From Utricularia gibba (Eukaryota; Plantae; Magnoliophyta), in contig CM007992.1 in the NCBI GenBank assembly GCA_002189035.1, positions 558,001 through 622,000 on the forward strand: a stretch of DNA of 64,000 nt, read 5' to 3'. The notes under the pieces were generated by a model. That model did not search any database. It saw only the letters and a list, made by a program, of their open reading frames with translations, and had not been told where the DNA came from. Of this stretch, positions 1 through 12,721 are shown piece after piece. The position numbers and the translations under genes are program-made. Each line of letters starts with the position of its first letter. Within the stretch, counting starts at the first letter, position 1.

Positions 1-2
1 GT

Positions 3-716
3 GAGTTCGTTCTTCCCATAGGCCATGTTAAGGAGAAGGTTGAGGATAAAGTACATTCAAGCAAAAGTTCAAAAATTCCATGGAAGAAAATTTTGCTGAG
101 TCTTCCTGTGCTGTCTATTGTGATTAACAACTTTACTTTTCACTATGCTCTCTATGTGCTTATGAATTGGCTTCCTACTTATTTCGAGTTGGGGCTCCAG
201 CGTAGTCTTCAGGACATGGGATCCTCCAAGATGATGCCTTACTTCAACATGTTTGTTTTCTCAAATATCGGTGGAGTGATTGCTGATCATTTCATTACAA
301 AGAAAGTGATATCCGTGACCCGGACAAGAAAGCTTCTGAACACAGTTGGATTTGTAATCGCTTCCTTTGCACTGATAGCTCTTCCATGGTTCAGAACTCC
401 TGATGGGGTTGTCCTCTGTTCTTCTGTTGCTCTTGGGTTCTTGGCACTTGGTAGAGCTGGATTTGCAGTAAATCATCTTGATGTTGCTCCAAGGTATGCA
501 GGAATTGTTATGGGGGTCTCGAATACTGCCGGCACGTTAGCAGGTATCGTCGGAGTCGACCTCACTGGTCGACTTCTTGAAGCTGCAAAGATGGCTCAGT
601 TGGATCTCACGAATCCTGAGAGCTGGACTACGGTTTTTCTGATACCAGGGGTGCTCTGTATCTTTAGTTCAGTTGCATTTCTTCTTCTAGCCACAGGGGA
701 CAGGATTTTTGAGTAG
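3..716 (+). CDS. PHT4;6: PHT4/SLC17-family anion (phosphate) transporter, 3' part; start lies outside the window
   Basis: Frame is open from position 3 (EFVLPIGH...KIPWKKILLSLPV) to TAG at 714-716 with no intron. Motifs HYALYVLMNWLPTYF, GFAVNHLDVAPRYAGIVMGVSNTAGTLAG are typical of PHT4;6/ANTR5. Confidence 0.88.
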   Translation, partial: EFVLPIGHVKEKVEDKVHSSKSSKIPWKKILLSLPVLSIVINNFTFHYALYVLMNWLPTYFELGLQRSLQDMGSSKMMPYFNMFVFSNIGGVIADHFITKKVISVTRTRKLLNTVGFVIASFALIALPWFRTPDGVVLCSSVALGFLALGRAGFAVNHLDVAPRYAGIVMGVSNTAGTLAGIVGVDLTGRLLEAAKMAQLDLTNPESWTTVFLIPGVLCIFSSVAFLLLATGDRIFE

Positions 717-888
717 TGGTAACATCTCTTTACCGCAGATGGATGATACCTGGTTATGCATTACAGAACTGGAATGCCTTTCATAAGTTGCAGTGGTTAA
801 AGATGAGGAATGTTCTCTTAGAATCAGGGTTCAAATACATCAACACAAGTCATATAAACATAAGCAGTATCTTGATCCTTGAACGAAC

Positions 889-2141
889 TTAAGGATCAAC
901 TTTTGCTGCTGCTGATGCATAACTAACGCTACTGTCTCTCATCGATTTGCATTGGCTCGACTGCTCGTAGCGTAGAAACCGGATCTTCATCTTGGTTGAG
1001 CTGTTTTTCAGCATCTAGTACCAACCACAAGCACAAATGTTGTCAGGAAATAGACAATATGGATAGCCATCAAGCTCATACAATCCCAACATCAGAAATT
1101 TGCAGATATGATCGTATCAACAAACTGAAAGTTGGCATTTCTATTTCATTGATTTCACAAATGTTAAATGAGGCCTCTATGTATCTCATTAAACACAAAT
1201 CAGTTACAGAAATGAAAAAGGAGATGGAAGTCACGATATTTACATGAAGGAAGACACTGATAGGATGCCGCCCACAAATGGTATTATCCGTCTCTATCAG
1301 ATAACGCTTAAACGCATCAGGGTCCCCTGCTTCTATGATATCCATTCCCATCTTATCCAGTACCTCAATGGACTTATATATGGCTCCATGCTTTTTATCA
1401 TAATGCATGTAGTTGAACCTAAGGATAGTGCGAATTTAACTTGTTATAGAAAAAACAGAAAGATGGATAAAACTAAGTTGGAATGCATATGTATTGGTTA
1501 AAACCATTAAATTTTGAAAGGATGCTTCATGAAGAAGAGAATGAAATAATGCATCCTGTGACAGTGCAAGGTGGTGTGCATTGAGTGTTAGAGGCAGCCT
1601 CCATTTGCATAAAAGATAAGAACCCAATCCTTCTTATAGTTCTGCATTGATTATGTGGACCAGACTAAAAGGAGACAAATCCTTTAAATTTTCCTGCTAT
1701 TGAACTCATAGGCAAAATAGATATTTCTTTTGAAAGGAAAAATAACAAGAATCATACCTAGAACCCCAGTGACAGAAGTCAGAAGACACTGAGAAAAAGT
1801 TTTCAGGGTCTTCTGCGTATTTTGCCAGCAAACGGCCATACATGGCTTCACTTTCAGCACTGAGAGCACCAACCAGAATTGGTATGATCTTGACAGGATG
1901 CCTGTGGTAAAAGGTCTATTTCATTAGCTGAATGAATGATATTCTTGACGCAGACTAGCAACAGTCCTAAAACCATACCCCTGGAAGACTTTAACAAGAT
2001 ATGGCATGTGCATTTCCATACTATGTTCAGCCTCATCAACATGGAGATCCATTAGTTCAAATTTCCCCGTACTTTTCAACTCCTCATTAACTTCGGGAAG
2101 GAAGGAGGATGGAGTCAAAGGATGTATCTATTATCTATGGT

Positions 2142-2172
<31 letters not shown>

Positions 2173-3417
2173 ACAGAAACGCATGTGGAGAATAAAACCA
2201 ATAACACTTCCTTCCCAAGTCAGTAAGAAACTGCATACATCAAAATTCAGACAATTTGGAAAGCACCAGCGAGAATTTTGGTATCATTACGTTCCCTGAA
2301 TCAGTATTGAACCTTATCCAGGCTCACATGCCCATCACCAAAAAGGAAAAGTAAAGGGAAATACTTGTTAGCGATGTTGCTATTTAAATTAGGATTTAGA
2401 CAAAGGCTTTGCATCTGTTATGAGAAACGTAACCAGGGAAGAATAAATTTTAATGCCGCAGTGTACCATGGATTCATTGCTGCAACATGCTCGAACCTCA
2501 AGTTCACAATTTTTTTTCAAAAAACCAAGGCAGAGAAACATATAAGCTGTACCTTCCTGGTCTATTTGCAAGTCTCCTAGAGGAGTCTTGAATATTGTGG
2601 CTTGTGAAAGTTGACATTTAGGAGTATAGTGATGATGAGATGGACCGAGGAGGAAGACCCTAGAACTGAATTAATAATGGAATTCACAGGACCAGAATAA
2701 GGAGAGAAAGGTAATCACTGATATCAGTTCCAACATGAAAATTATCCTGAAATATTTATTAAAGATTCACATAACGTACATGTTTGCAGGTTCTATGTTT
2801 CCAAACGCGTAGGCTGCAGCACGACCAGAATACGAGTAACCTGCATGACTATTGTGACACAAAATTACAAGTTAGAAATTAAGTTTAGTGCAGCTATCTT
2901 TTCCGCAAAAAAGAAGCACAGCAATATATTACACTTACGGTGCAATTACACCTCTTACGTCAGCTGATCCGGCAACCCCAGAAACTCTAAGCCACCCATC
3001 AAGTTCTTCACTCAGCTTTTTAGCTAGAATCAAATAAATCATATAACAAACACCAGCAAATCATCTCGGAGCCAAGATCACGCCAATAGCACAGTTTCTG
3101 ATAAGACTTTACACCAAAGACAGCACATTGTGCACCAAATACAGCATGGAAAAACTCGAGAATTGCATCACCATTCATTCTTTCAACATCCCACTTCAAA
3201 TAAAGCAAGACAGAAACCATAAAGATCATTACTTTATCCAAATCGAATTAGTGGGTCAGTGTCCCGAAATCACGAATTCGAAAACAGAGAAACGAATGAT
3301 CAAAAGGACCTCAAATCAATTGGTAAAACCCAGCAAAAGGGATCCAGAACTGGAAGGGAACTCACGATTGTCGGTGTACCATGATCCGGCGTGAGAGGCT
3401 CTCCGAATTTTCTCCAT
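889..3417 (-). CDS. MEMO1: MEMO1-like protein (AmmeMemoRadiSam protein B family), multi-exon
   Basis: Exon 1 (3417-3366) [17 protein letters not shown]. Internal exons: [60 protein letters not shown]. Last exon ends [16 protein letters not shown] with TAA at 889-891. Canonical GT-AG junctions where checked. Confidence 0.93.
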
Positions 3418-4578
3418 GCACCGAGCACTTGCACGATCTCTGCCCGGCGAGACTACAAGATTCTCACGCAAACTGTGGTTCCCTATTCCCACGTTGTGTG
3501 CGAGAATGAATCTCTCTCGTCATCGAATACTTTTTATTACCGTTTACGGTAATTTTGATCACGTGCTTTTTCAACCCAAGTAAAGTAAATCCATCCCTTC
3601 ACTTTCCCACGTCCCAAAACCCTATTGGAATTAATTCTGGAAAATGGGCAACAATTATTGAAGACAAAATAGAATAGGCCTCTTTTTTGTGATTGTTCAT
3701 TCAAAAAAATGATTGATTAAGATAAAAAAATTAATATATTAAAGTAAAGTAAATCATAGCAGAGTAATATCTATGTTTTTTTATATGATATTATCTATTG
3801 TAAATATTTAATTTTGTTCATCTAACCAATATCTTATCAAATATCATCTACTCTCAAACTAATCAAAATCAAACATGTTAAATTTTGGAATTACTGTAAA
3901 AAAAATTATAATATATCCAAAAACATCTCATATAGGATTTAGATGTTTATTATACTAATCTTTTTTCTTTATTCACTTTTATAACTGATATGAAATTCAT
4001 CTAAAATTATTTTATTCTTTCCTATGTAAGGTGTTACATTCTCCCCCTCCCTCCGTCTATTGAAAACTCTATATCGTCAAGATTTGGCTCACAACCACCT
4101 ATTAGAATCCAAATACTCATTTGTGACACCACTGGGGTCCAATTAGAATCTAATTTGAAAATGAAAAGATTAATTTGAATTTGAAGTAGATTCAGTGAGA
4201 GTTGGAAAAAAATGGTGAATTCAGATATTTCAAACCCAAAACGACAGAAAACGGGGGGCGGGGGGCTCCTATTTTCCAGGGAAGTTTGAGATTTTCAATT
4301 AAAATATACTAATTTCGTGGGAAAAAAATATGCATTTTAGTTTTGTGTTGGGAAAAAATTATAGCAAGCTTCTTGTTTCGATTTTTGTTTTTTTTTTTGG
4401 AATTATTTACCATCCCCACGTCTTGTTTTTTCTGTTCACAGTCCGGACTGAGCCCGCCTGTCGGTATCATTTCCAGCTATAATATCCTTCATAAAGGTGC
4501 CCAAAATGGTCATTTCCGGTCTAGCATTCCAGCACTCCGGTGACCTGTCATCCTCACCCCCATTATTTATCCATGTGT

Positions 4579-4602
4579 GGGTCCGGGTCCGGGTCCGGGT
4601 CC
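4579..4602 (+). repeat. (GGGTCC)4 hexamer tandem repeat; first copy forms GTGGGTCC
   Basis: Read directly. GTGGGNCC matches the TCP-factor consensus. Confidence 0.8.
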
Positions 4603-5211
4603 GATGCAATCAACCTGATCTCTCAATTAGCTTAACTTATGTTCCGGATTAATAAGCACCTCCACTTTCTTTATTAAAGTTTTTAGTTTTCTTCTTTAAT
4701 TAATTGTTCACCAAAGCTAGTGTCCAGGCTAGGTAAAGTGTCCAGCTGTCAAAGTTCACATATCAGTGCAGTTTCCGGATGCAAAAGTCGCAGGTCCCCT
4801 CCGCTGCAAGCCGCGCACATATCTTCAAAGCAAACCAGTGAAACAGAAAGACAGAATAAAAAAAATAAAAAAAATAAAAAGGAGGAATTTACTTACACGC
4901 TACATACACGACGGCGAGGCCAACGGACGGAGGAGACGTGGAGGGGACCTTCTGAATGAACGCTCAACCCAAATCCAACTGATTCCAACTCAACAGTCGG
5001 ATTAGTGATTGCTTTTGCGTCTCCGATGGATTCGTTTAGGGAGTGAATTTGATTTCGTTTTCATTTGTCCTTCAGTTCGATATCCATATCCACATGTACA
5101 GAGAAAAGCTTGAGACAAACGTCTTCCGGTGGCGCCGTGCCTGAGCTCTTGGTTCAACTCGGGAGAACGGACAGCAGGTCGAAATTGAAAATATCCAAAC
5201 CTGCGGCGGGG

Positions 5212-5835
5212 TCAACGGGTTTCGTCAGCCTTGGACATGACCGAGAGACGGCTAGGACGCGGCTGGAAATCGCCGCGGCGGCGCTGATGGTGCGAAGACG
5301 GACGAATCAAGGCGGCTAAGGCGCGTTTTACCAGATCTCCTTCCACGGTTCCGATTCGCACTAGAGAATTCGTCATCGCGGATCTCCTCATGTTTAACCT
5401 GTTGGAGGAGTAAGGCAACGATTGATTACCGCTGCCGCCGCCACCGCCGTCGTGTCTGTTTTTATGCAGCGAACACCGGAAGGATCCGGGGTGTGTGGTA
5501 GGGGAACACAAACACGTCCTCTTCTGGATGCTTCCACCATGCCGCTGAACTACCTGACTCCGCGACGGCGGTGACGCAGCGATCGTGCGGCCTGGAGACG
5601 TAGATCGATCGATCGAGAAGCGAACGGAAGGTGTCGACGACAGCGGAGAGAGCGCGTGGAGGTTGACGCGCGACGGAGAAATCGAACGGCGTTGACCGAG
5701 GAATCCGGCACCGGAAGTCGCCGAGTAACAACTGGAGGACGATGCGAACGACGAAGCCGCCGCCGATTTGGAGAACTGACCGGAGCTTTGAAAGGCGACG
5801 GGGCCGCCGATTCTTCGTCGTGAATACGTAGACAT
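5212..5835 (-). CDS. Plant serine-rich protein, intronless, 207 aa
   Basis: Family motifs KRTCLCSPTTHPGSFRCSLHK and RRSAMTNSLVRIGTVEGDLVKRALAALIRPSSHHQRRR..FQPRPSRLSVMS. Confidence 0.88.
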   Translation of the reverse strand: MSTYSRRRIGGPVAFQSSGQFSKSAAASSFASSSSCYSATSGAGFLGQRRSISPSRVNLHALSPLSSTPSVRFSIDRSTSPGRTIAASPPSRSQVVQRHGGSIQKRTCLCSPTTHPGSFRCSLHKNRHDGGGGGSGNQSLPYSSNRLNMRRSAMTNSLVRIGTVEGDLVKRALAALIRPSSHHQRRRGDFQPRPSRLSVMSKADETR

Positions 5836-6888
5836 CTAATGAGAAAAAACAGCATAAAAGAAAGAAAGATCAGAATATTCCTGAAAGGGCCCTGAGGCTT
5901 TTCAGTTCGGCAAACATAGCTGGTGTGGTGTACAAGGCTTTTTTTATAGGAGGCGCGGACAATGGCACGTTCCGAAAATACACGAACTTGATAGGGGTAA
6001 AAACAGAACAGTAGATAAGGACGACCGGTAATTGGGTCCTATGGGCGGGTCTATCTAGGAAAGTGTCGTTCTGATTTGATCCAACGGTTCCTCTGTCATC
6101 ACGACAAAAAGTGCAGATCCAACGCTCCGAAATCATCACGCGACAGATGACCAGAGGCCTCAGAATTTTCTTAATTTTTTCAATATATACTTTAATCATA
6201 TAATATTTGTATAATTAAATTTTCATAATTTTTTAAGAATATATTCACTATGTAATAAATATCTTTTCAATTTTAATTCGATAACACGTATTGTATGACC
6301 CGAATTTTTACGAGCGGGGCCCGTTGAATGCAACGGTCGGTTGAACGTGGTCAATTAACAAAACAAATAATAAAAAAAAGAAAAATTCGTTGAGAAGTAA
6401 GAACCACATGAAGTCCAAATGCGTGGAAGTGAAGCGAAGGAGACTAGGAACGCGTCGGCCTGAAGAAACCGCGTCGCCAGCTACTGGAAAAGAATATTCT
6501 TCTCTTTGCCCTTCGCACGTGCCGCCATTCCGCCGCCGCAGGAGGGAAGAATGATGCAATGATTCGGATCCTATATTCCAAATGTTGTGGACGGCGTTCA
6601 ACTGCCGTTGATGGTCCAGATTTTGATTGTCGGCTACCAAATATCTGTGTAATGACGTCACCAACGGAGCTTTGAGGGATTTGGAGCTCCGCCGCCGCCC
6701 GACGAACTTACCTCAAGGTACTACGCTGATGAGGCGTTTCCTCGTAGGGCGAGTAGTATGGTGGAGGAGGGAAATTGCTGAATGCAAAAACAAGCATTTT
6801 TCTTCCAGAAAATAAATGGGGTCTGTGTTTCATGGGATTTTTTTAGGAAAATTCTAAAAAGAACATCTTTATTGAAGGGTATTGTGAT

Positions 6889-9043
6889 ATGGGGAAGCCA
6901 ACCACGAAGAAGAAAGATCAGGTAGCATCAAAATCCAGCCATGGGAACTCCAAACAAGGTAAGCGTTTGGAGCGGAGCGTGTCATTTGATGATGATACGG
7001 CTGTTTTCATTGAAATGTCTAAAGAGCTGAAGGAAGAAGGGAACAAGATGTTTCAGAAACGAGATTTTGAGGAAGCTGTACTCAAGTATGAGAAGGCAAT
7101 CAAATTGCTGCCTGCAAATCACATTGATGCTGCGTATTTGCATAACAATACTGCATCCTGTTACATGCAAATGGGCATTGGTGAGTTCCCTAGAGCAGTC
7201 AAGGAATGCAATTTGGCACTTCAAGTAGCGCCCAAGTATACCAAGGCAATGCTGAGAAGGGCAAGGTGTTATGAGGCTCTTGGCAGGCTTGATCTTTCCA
7301 TGAAGGATGCTAATACTGTTCTAGGAATGGAGCCTAATAATTCAAATGCTTTAGAACTTGCTGATAGATTAAGAAAGTCGATTCAGGAAAAGGGTGTTTT
7401 CCAGTTTATAGGTGAAGATATCGATGCCTCGACTGCTGGAGATTCCCTTGATCCATCTACAAAGGTTGTAGACGAGAAGGCTGGGACAAGGAATACTAAT
7501 ACGGAGTTGAGCTGTATTGAGGAAACAGAGGAGAAGAAGCTCAGTGATGAAGAGGAAAAGGTTGTTGTAGAGGAGAAACGAAGCGTGACGGAAGAAAATC
7601 TGGCCACCCGATCAGTGAAATTGGTTCATGGTGAGGATATTCGTTCGGCACAGCTACCTGTAAATTGCAGTGTTCGTCTTGCGAGGGATGTTGTTATGGA
7701 CAGATTCTCTGGTTTGAAAGGTGTGCTCATCAAGTATAAGGACCCAGAAGGTGATTTGGTAACCATCACTACCACAGATGAGCTACGAATAGCTGAGGGA
7801 TTGAATGCTGGTGAAACTCCTTTGCGTCTATATATTGCCGAAGTTAGTCTTGATAAGGAACCACTTTACGAGGGAAACGCCACGGAAGAACAAGTAACGA
7901 GAAGTTCTAAATCATCAATGAATTCCAATGCTGCAAAGACTGCAATGGAGGGAGCTTGTGTGGAGGACTGGATCATTCATTTTGCATGTATGTTCAAGAA
8001 TCATGTTGGGTTTGAATGTGATTCTTACCTGGATCTTCATGAAATCGGGATGAAACTATACTCTGAAGCAATGGAGGATACCCTTACACGTGAAGATGCC
8101 CAAGAATTGTTTGATATTGCAATATCCAAGTTCCAGGAGATGACCGCTTTAGCCTTGTTCAACTGGGGGAATGTCCACTTGTCTAAGGCAAGAAAGAGAG
8201 TTTCCCATAGTGATGATACTTCTGCTGAACCCACACCAGATTCAGTTGCAGCTTCTTATGATTGGGCGCAGAAGGAATATGCAAAGGCAGGTACTCAATA
8301 CGAGGAGGCTCTAAGGCTAAAACCAGATTTTCCTGAAGGTGTTCTTGCACTTGGTCTTCTTCAATTCGAGCAAGCAAAGCTTTTATGGTATCATATTTCT
8401 GGAGAAAAGTGTAACAGTATCGATATACAGCAGTCAAGTGAAGTACTGGAGCTCTATAACAAGGCTGAGGATAGCATCGAGAGAGGGATGCAACTGTGGG
8501 AAGCGTTGGAAGCACAGCAGCTTAATGGACTTTCTAAGCTCGAAAAAGATAAAGCAGGACTGGCGAAACTTGGTTTGGATGGGCTTATTCTCGTTCCAGG
8601 TGAAGATGCTTCCACCAAGGCCACAAACATGAGGTCCCAAGTTTACATGTTATGGGGCTCTATACTCTATGAGCGCTCTGTGGTGGAATGTAAACTGAGT
8701 CTACCAACATGGCAAGAATGTTTAGAAGTTGCAGTTGAAAAGTTTCAGCTTGCAGGTGCATCTGAAACCGATATCGCAGTCATGATCAAGAATCACTGCT
8801 CAAATGAGGCGGCTTTAGCTGGCAAGTCTCATCCTCCCAACATTTTATTTCCCTCTAGCTGGTTTGCCTTTCTAAACAGAATAATTCCCTGATGCCTTAG
8901 GATTCAAAGTGGACGAGATCGTGCAAGCCTGGAATGAGATGTATGATATCGATAGGTGGCGCACCAATGTGTCGAATTCCCGCCTCGAGCCACTATTCAG
9001 AAGGCGCCCTCCAAAGCTTCTCTCCGTGTTAGAACACCTTTGA
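6889..9043 (+). CDS. PHOX1: PHOX1/PHOX4-type TPR + PB1 domain protein; exons 6889-8821 and 8901-9043
   Basis: TPR region [14 protein letters not shown]...; PB1 [19 protein letters not shown]; C-terminal [23 protein letters not shown]. The conserved tail [25 protein letters not shown] is in frame only through a GC-AG intron at 8822-8900. Stop TGA at 9041-9043. Confidence 0.92.
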
Positions 9044-9453
9044 ACTCTGCTATGGCAGTTGCAGGGTGACATGCTTGCTCAACTTTTACCTTCAAGAGCA
9101 GCATGCTTTCATGCTTTTGATGAATATCTGTTGATGGGGGAATGGGGTGGAGTGTTTTTGCGCTTGTGACATATGCTTTCAGAGTATACACACGAAATTA
9201 CACTAGGTGTAGACTGTAGAAAATGGTTGGTTGATTGCATAGAGAATGTGTTGAAAGTAGTTGTCGGAAGATTTGTGAATGTTTATTGAGTGATGGGGTG
9301 ATTAAAATCTTGTTCAGCATCTGAATCAACATTAAAAGTTTATTTTTTTTTAATGTTGTGGTGTCAATTGGGCATTCACGAGACAGCTGTCTGAACGAGG
9401 ACGAAAATCCCAGAAAGTTTGAATCTTTGGAATCCAGAAGAGGAAAAGAAACT

Positions 9454-11100
9454 ATGGAGATGGATTACAATCCCAGCCGGAAATATCTGTTCATCAAGAA
9501 CAAGTGGGTATCCACGGCGGCGAGTATATGGATCCAGTGTACCAGCGGCTCCCTCTACACCTTCAGCGTCTACTCTCCGATCCTAAAATCCTCCCAGGGT
9601 TACACCCAATCCACACTCGACACGATCGGAGTGTTCAAGGATCTGGGCGGCAACGTCGGCATCCTCTCCGGCCTCCTTTACTCCACCGCCGCCTCTCAAG
9701 GCGGCGGCCCATGGCTGGTTCACTTGGCCGGCGCTGTTCAATGCTTCCTGGGTTACTTCTTGATGTGGCTAACGGTTGTTGGGAAACTTCCGCGGCCCCC
9801 CGTCGCCGTCATGTGCCTCTACATGCTCATCGCGGCCCACGCGATGACCTTTTTCAATACCGCCGATGTCGTCACTGGGGTGCATAACTTTCCGCAGTAC
9901 AGGGGCATAATCGTTGGTATCATGAAGGGATTTCTTGGCTTGAGTGGAGCTGTATTGATTCAAGTTTACCAGACAATTTTCAAGAGCCACCCCAGTTCAT
10001 TTCTGCTGCTTCTTGCTCTGTTGCCCTCAGTGAATGCACTCATATTGATGAGATTCGTGAGAGCTTTCAACACGACTGAGGAAGATGAGAAGATTTACTT
10101 GAATCGTTTCTCACTTCTAGCTGTGCTTCTCGCTTCGTATCTCGCAGTGGTGATAGTCTTTCAACATATGGTGAAGCTAGACTTATCAGTTCGGATAGTC
10201 ACCTTTGTTCTGCTCATCTTCCTCGTTGTGTTTCCGATCGTCGTCGCGATCGAAGCGCAGAGGCAGAGATCATACCGGATGGTGAAGTGTCTTCTTGAGC
10301 AGAACCAGATAGGTGCAGAGAGACCACTTGTTGATGAAGCTGGTACGAGTACCAGAGAAGAGAATGGAGAAGACGGTGATGATGATCATCTTCTGCACTG
10401 GAGAGAAGACCAGACGCTGTTACAGTCCATGAAAAGCTTCAACTTCTGGTTCTTGTTCTACACAACAGCCTGTGCAATGGGATCAGGGCTGGCAACTGTG
10501 AACAACATAAGCCAGATAGGAGAATCACTCGGCTACACATCTTTGGAAACCAACACTCTGGTTTCCCTGTGGAGCATTTGGAACTTCCTCGGCCGATTCG
10601 GAGCCGGTTATGTTTCGGATTCTCTGTTGCACATCAAGGGCTTTCCCAGGCCAGCATTCATCGTGATCACACTCGCAGCTATGAGTGTTGGCCATGGCAT
10701 AGTAGCATCAGGTCTCCATGGTGGTCTGTATGTTGGCTCTGTTCTGATTGGCATCTGCTATGGTTCACAATGGTCCCTTATGCCGACTATCGCATCTGAG
10801 ATCTTTGGGAAGACACACATGGGGACGATATTCAACACGATAACGATAGCAGGCCCGATCGGGTCGTATCTGCTCTCTGTTCAAGTTGTGGGAACTCTGT
10901 ATGACAGGGGAGCTGCAGGGGATTCATGCACTGGAACCAGATGCTTCATGCTTTCCTTTATCATCATGGCGTCTGTTACATTCTCTGGTTCTGTAGTTGC
11001 TCTGGTTTTGCTGATTCGGACAAGGAGGTTCTACAAGAACGTTGTACTCAGAAAGATTCTGCTACACTCTCGAAGTGGGATCAATGCCTATGTTGCATGA
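9454..11100 (+). CDS. Nodulin-like / NFD4-like major facilitator superfamily protein, intronless
   Basis: Motifs ASIWIQCTSGSLYTFSVYS, GIMKGFLGLSGA, SLWSIWNFLGRFGAGYVSD, IASEIFG..HMGTIFN. First in-frame ATG is at 9454; the ORF track starts at an upstream GTG. Confidence 0.9.
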   Translation: MEMDYNPSRKYLFIKNKWVSTAASIWIQCTSGSLYTFSVYSPILKSSQGYTQSTLDTIGVFKDLGGNVGILSGLLYSTAASQGGGPWLVHLAGAVQCFLGYFLMWLTVVGKLPRPPVAVMCLYMLIAAHAMTFFNTADVVTGVHNFPQYRGIIVGIMKGFLGLSGAVLIQVYQTIFKSHPSSFLLLLALLPSVNALILMRFVRAFNTTEEDEKIYLNRFSLLAVLLASYLAVVIVFQHMVKLDLSVRIVTFVLLIFLVVFPIVVAIEAQRQRSYRMVKCLLEQNQIGAERPLVDEAGTSTREENGEDGDDDHLLHWREDQTLLQSMKSFNFWFLFYTTACAMGSGLATVNNISQIGESLGYTSLETNTLVSLWSIWNFLGRFGAGYVSDSLLHIKGFPRPAFIVITLAAMSVGHGIVASGLHGGLYVGSVLIGICYGSQWSLMPTIASEIFGKTHMGTIFNTITIAGPIGSYLLSVQVVGTLYDRGAAGDSCTGTRCFMLSFIIMASVTFSGSVVALVLLIRTRRFYKNVVLRKILLHSRSGINAYVA

Positions 11101-11449
11101 GGATTTAGCAATCATGGCAAGAATCACTTTCCAGAATGAAACTGGCGGAGAAGGTAACCGCAATATACTGTTCACTTCAGCAAGCTTCGACCTTTATGAA
11201 CGGAATAACCCTGCTGAAAGCATACTCCAACCCCTCTCTGCATATCAGAACACCTTCAATCTTTGCAGAAATCAGTAGCATCAGAGGTGTGATTCGCCCG
11301 CTTGCTCATCTTCTGCGTTGAAGGGCAGCATGTTATGTGATTTTGATGTTCGTTGAATGTAGTGCATATTTTAGAGTGGCTGACCATATGTTGGCACAAC
11401 CAACGTCAGATATCTTTTTGACAAAAAATTGATATCCAAGTAGTGTATA

Positions 11450-12299
11450 TCAAAACACACTGCTGTAGCCATGATCCTCATTCAGAGCCAAATAGCAGAG
11501 AATGGCCATCACGAATAAGACATATGATGAGAGGACCATTGCTAGGGCTCCCCAACTTATTACGCTAGCATGCTTCAGAATAACAGGTATAGCAATACTA
11601 CCAACAGCTGAAGCACCAGTCAAAAACTTTGTTGCGTCTACCCAACTGCAATAATAGGAAAGACGAAGATGAAAAATCACTTGTCCACTACAAAAAAAAT
11701 TAGTTCCAGGATATCTTACCCACTGCTTGACTCAGAATAGAGAGAAGAGGCATCAGCTCCAGCAAAGAACAGTAAGGGCATTGGCAAAATAACATACATG
11801 GACACTGCATAAAATCAACGGAAAACTGTAGAACAAAAAATATACAAAGCACAAATCACAGTTACTTGGTTTTAGTCTTCAGACATAAAAAAGCGAACAT
11901 TCAACAAAGTACCAAATACAACCAAACATTTGGTTTTACAAAATAATATTTTAGGCCCAATGCTCCCTTTCGGAATCCAGCTCAGATCATCACGATGGTT
12001 AAATGGTTGAAATGTCCGTGAACCAAAAACTGCATTCAACAGGGTACCATAAAATGAATTACCTGATAACATAGGCCACCAATTATTGTATAAAGCGCAT
12101 GCCTGGGTGTTCAGAAAAGTGTACAGGACAAGGGATTAGAAATAACACCAAACGAAATTAATAACAGTCAAATAATCCAGAGTCCAGACATTTTAAAAAG
12201 AACATTATGCTATAGTACCAATATTTGCAATACAATTCCCCCTGAAACCAGAATTGCCAGCATCGCAAGTTTCCCAGTATGAAGGAGAATGCCGGACAT
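11450..12299 (-). CDS. VPS55: Vacuolar protein sorting 55 family protein, 4 coding exons
   Basis: Exons MSGILLHTGKLAMLAILVSGGIVLQIL / ACALYNNWWPMLS / MYVILPMPLLFFAG / WVDATKFLTGASAVGSIAIP. ATG at 12299 is preceded by an acceptor, implying a 5'-UTR intron. Confidence 0.88.
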
Positions 12300-12721
12300 C
12301 TTGGATGTACTCACAGCAGAAGAACCTGAAAACAGCTACTGTTTAGGATTCTGATAGATAAGTGGAAACAACTAGTTCATTATGTAATACACAAATGAAA
12401 TCTATTTGCCTTTATCCAAACATGATGATAGCATTAAACCATATTCATCCTGTTCCATATCAAATATGTAAACTATAGAAACTACATAACTTTACTATAA
12501 CTTATGTAGCTTCCCCCTTCGTTTTGAACAATTATCGAATCACGGTTAGTAATTAAATTAATAAGTAACCAAATGATCTTAAACTGAATAGTGACTGACG
12601 CAGTAGTTAAATTCCGGTTTGGTAACTAGCCTAGTCTAAGTTTGGTTCCAAGCCTTGAACGGTAAGATTCCCATGCTTCTATTAAAAAAGAAAAAGGTCC
12701 GTAAGCGCTCCAAGTACAAAG

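Noticed and set aside
5462-5855. Overlapping alternative-frame ORFs in the serine-rich gene, and similar shadows over TIM17, MFS, PHOX and ClpB4
   Set aside because: Expected by-products of GC-rich or biased coding sequence.
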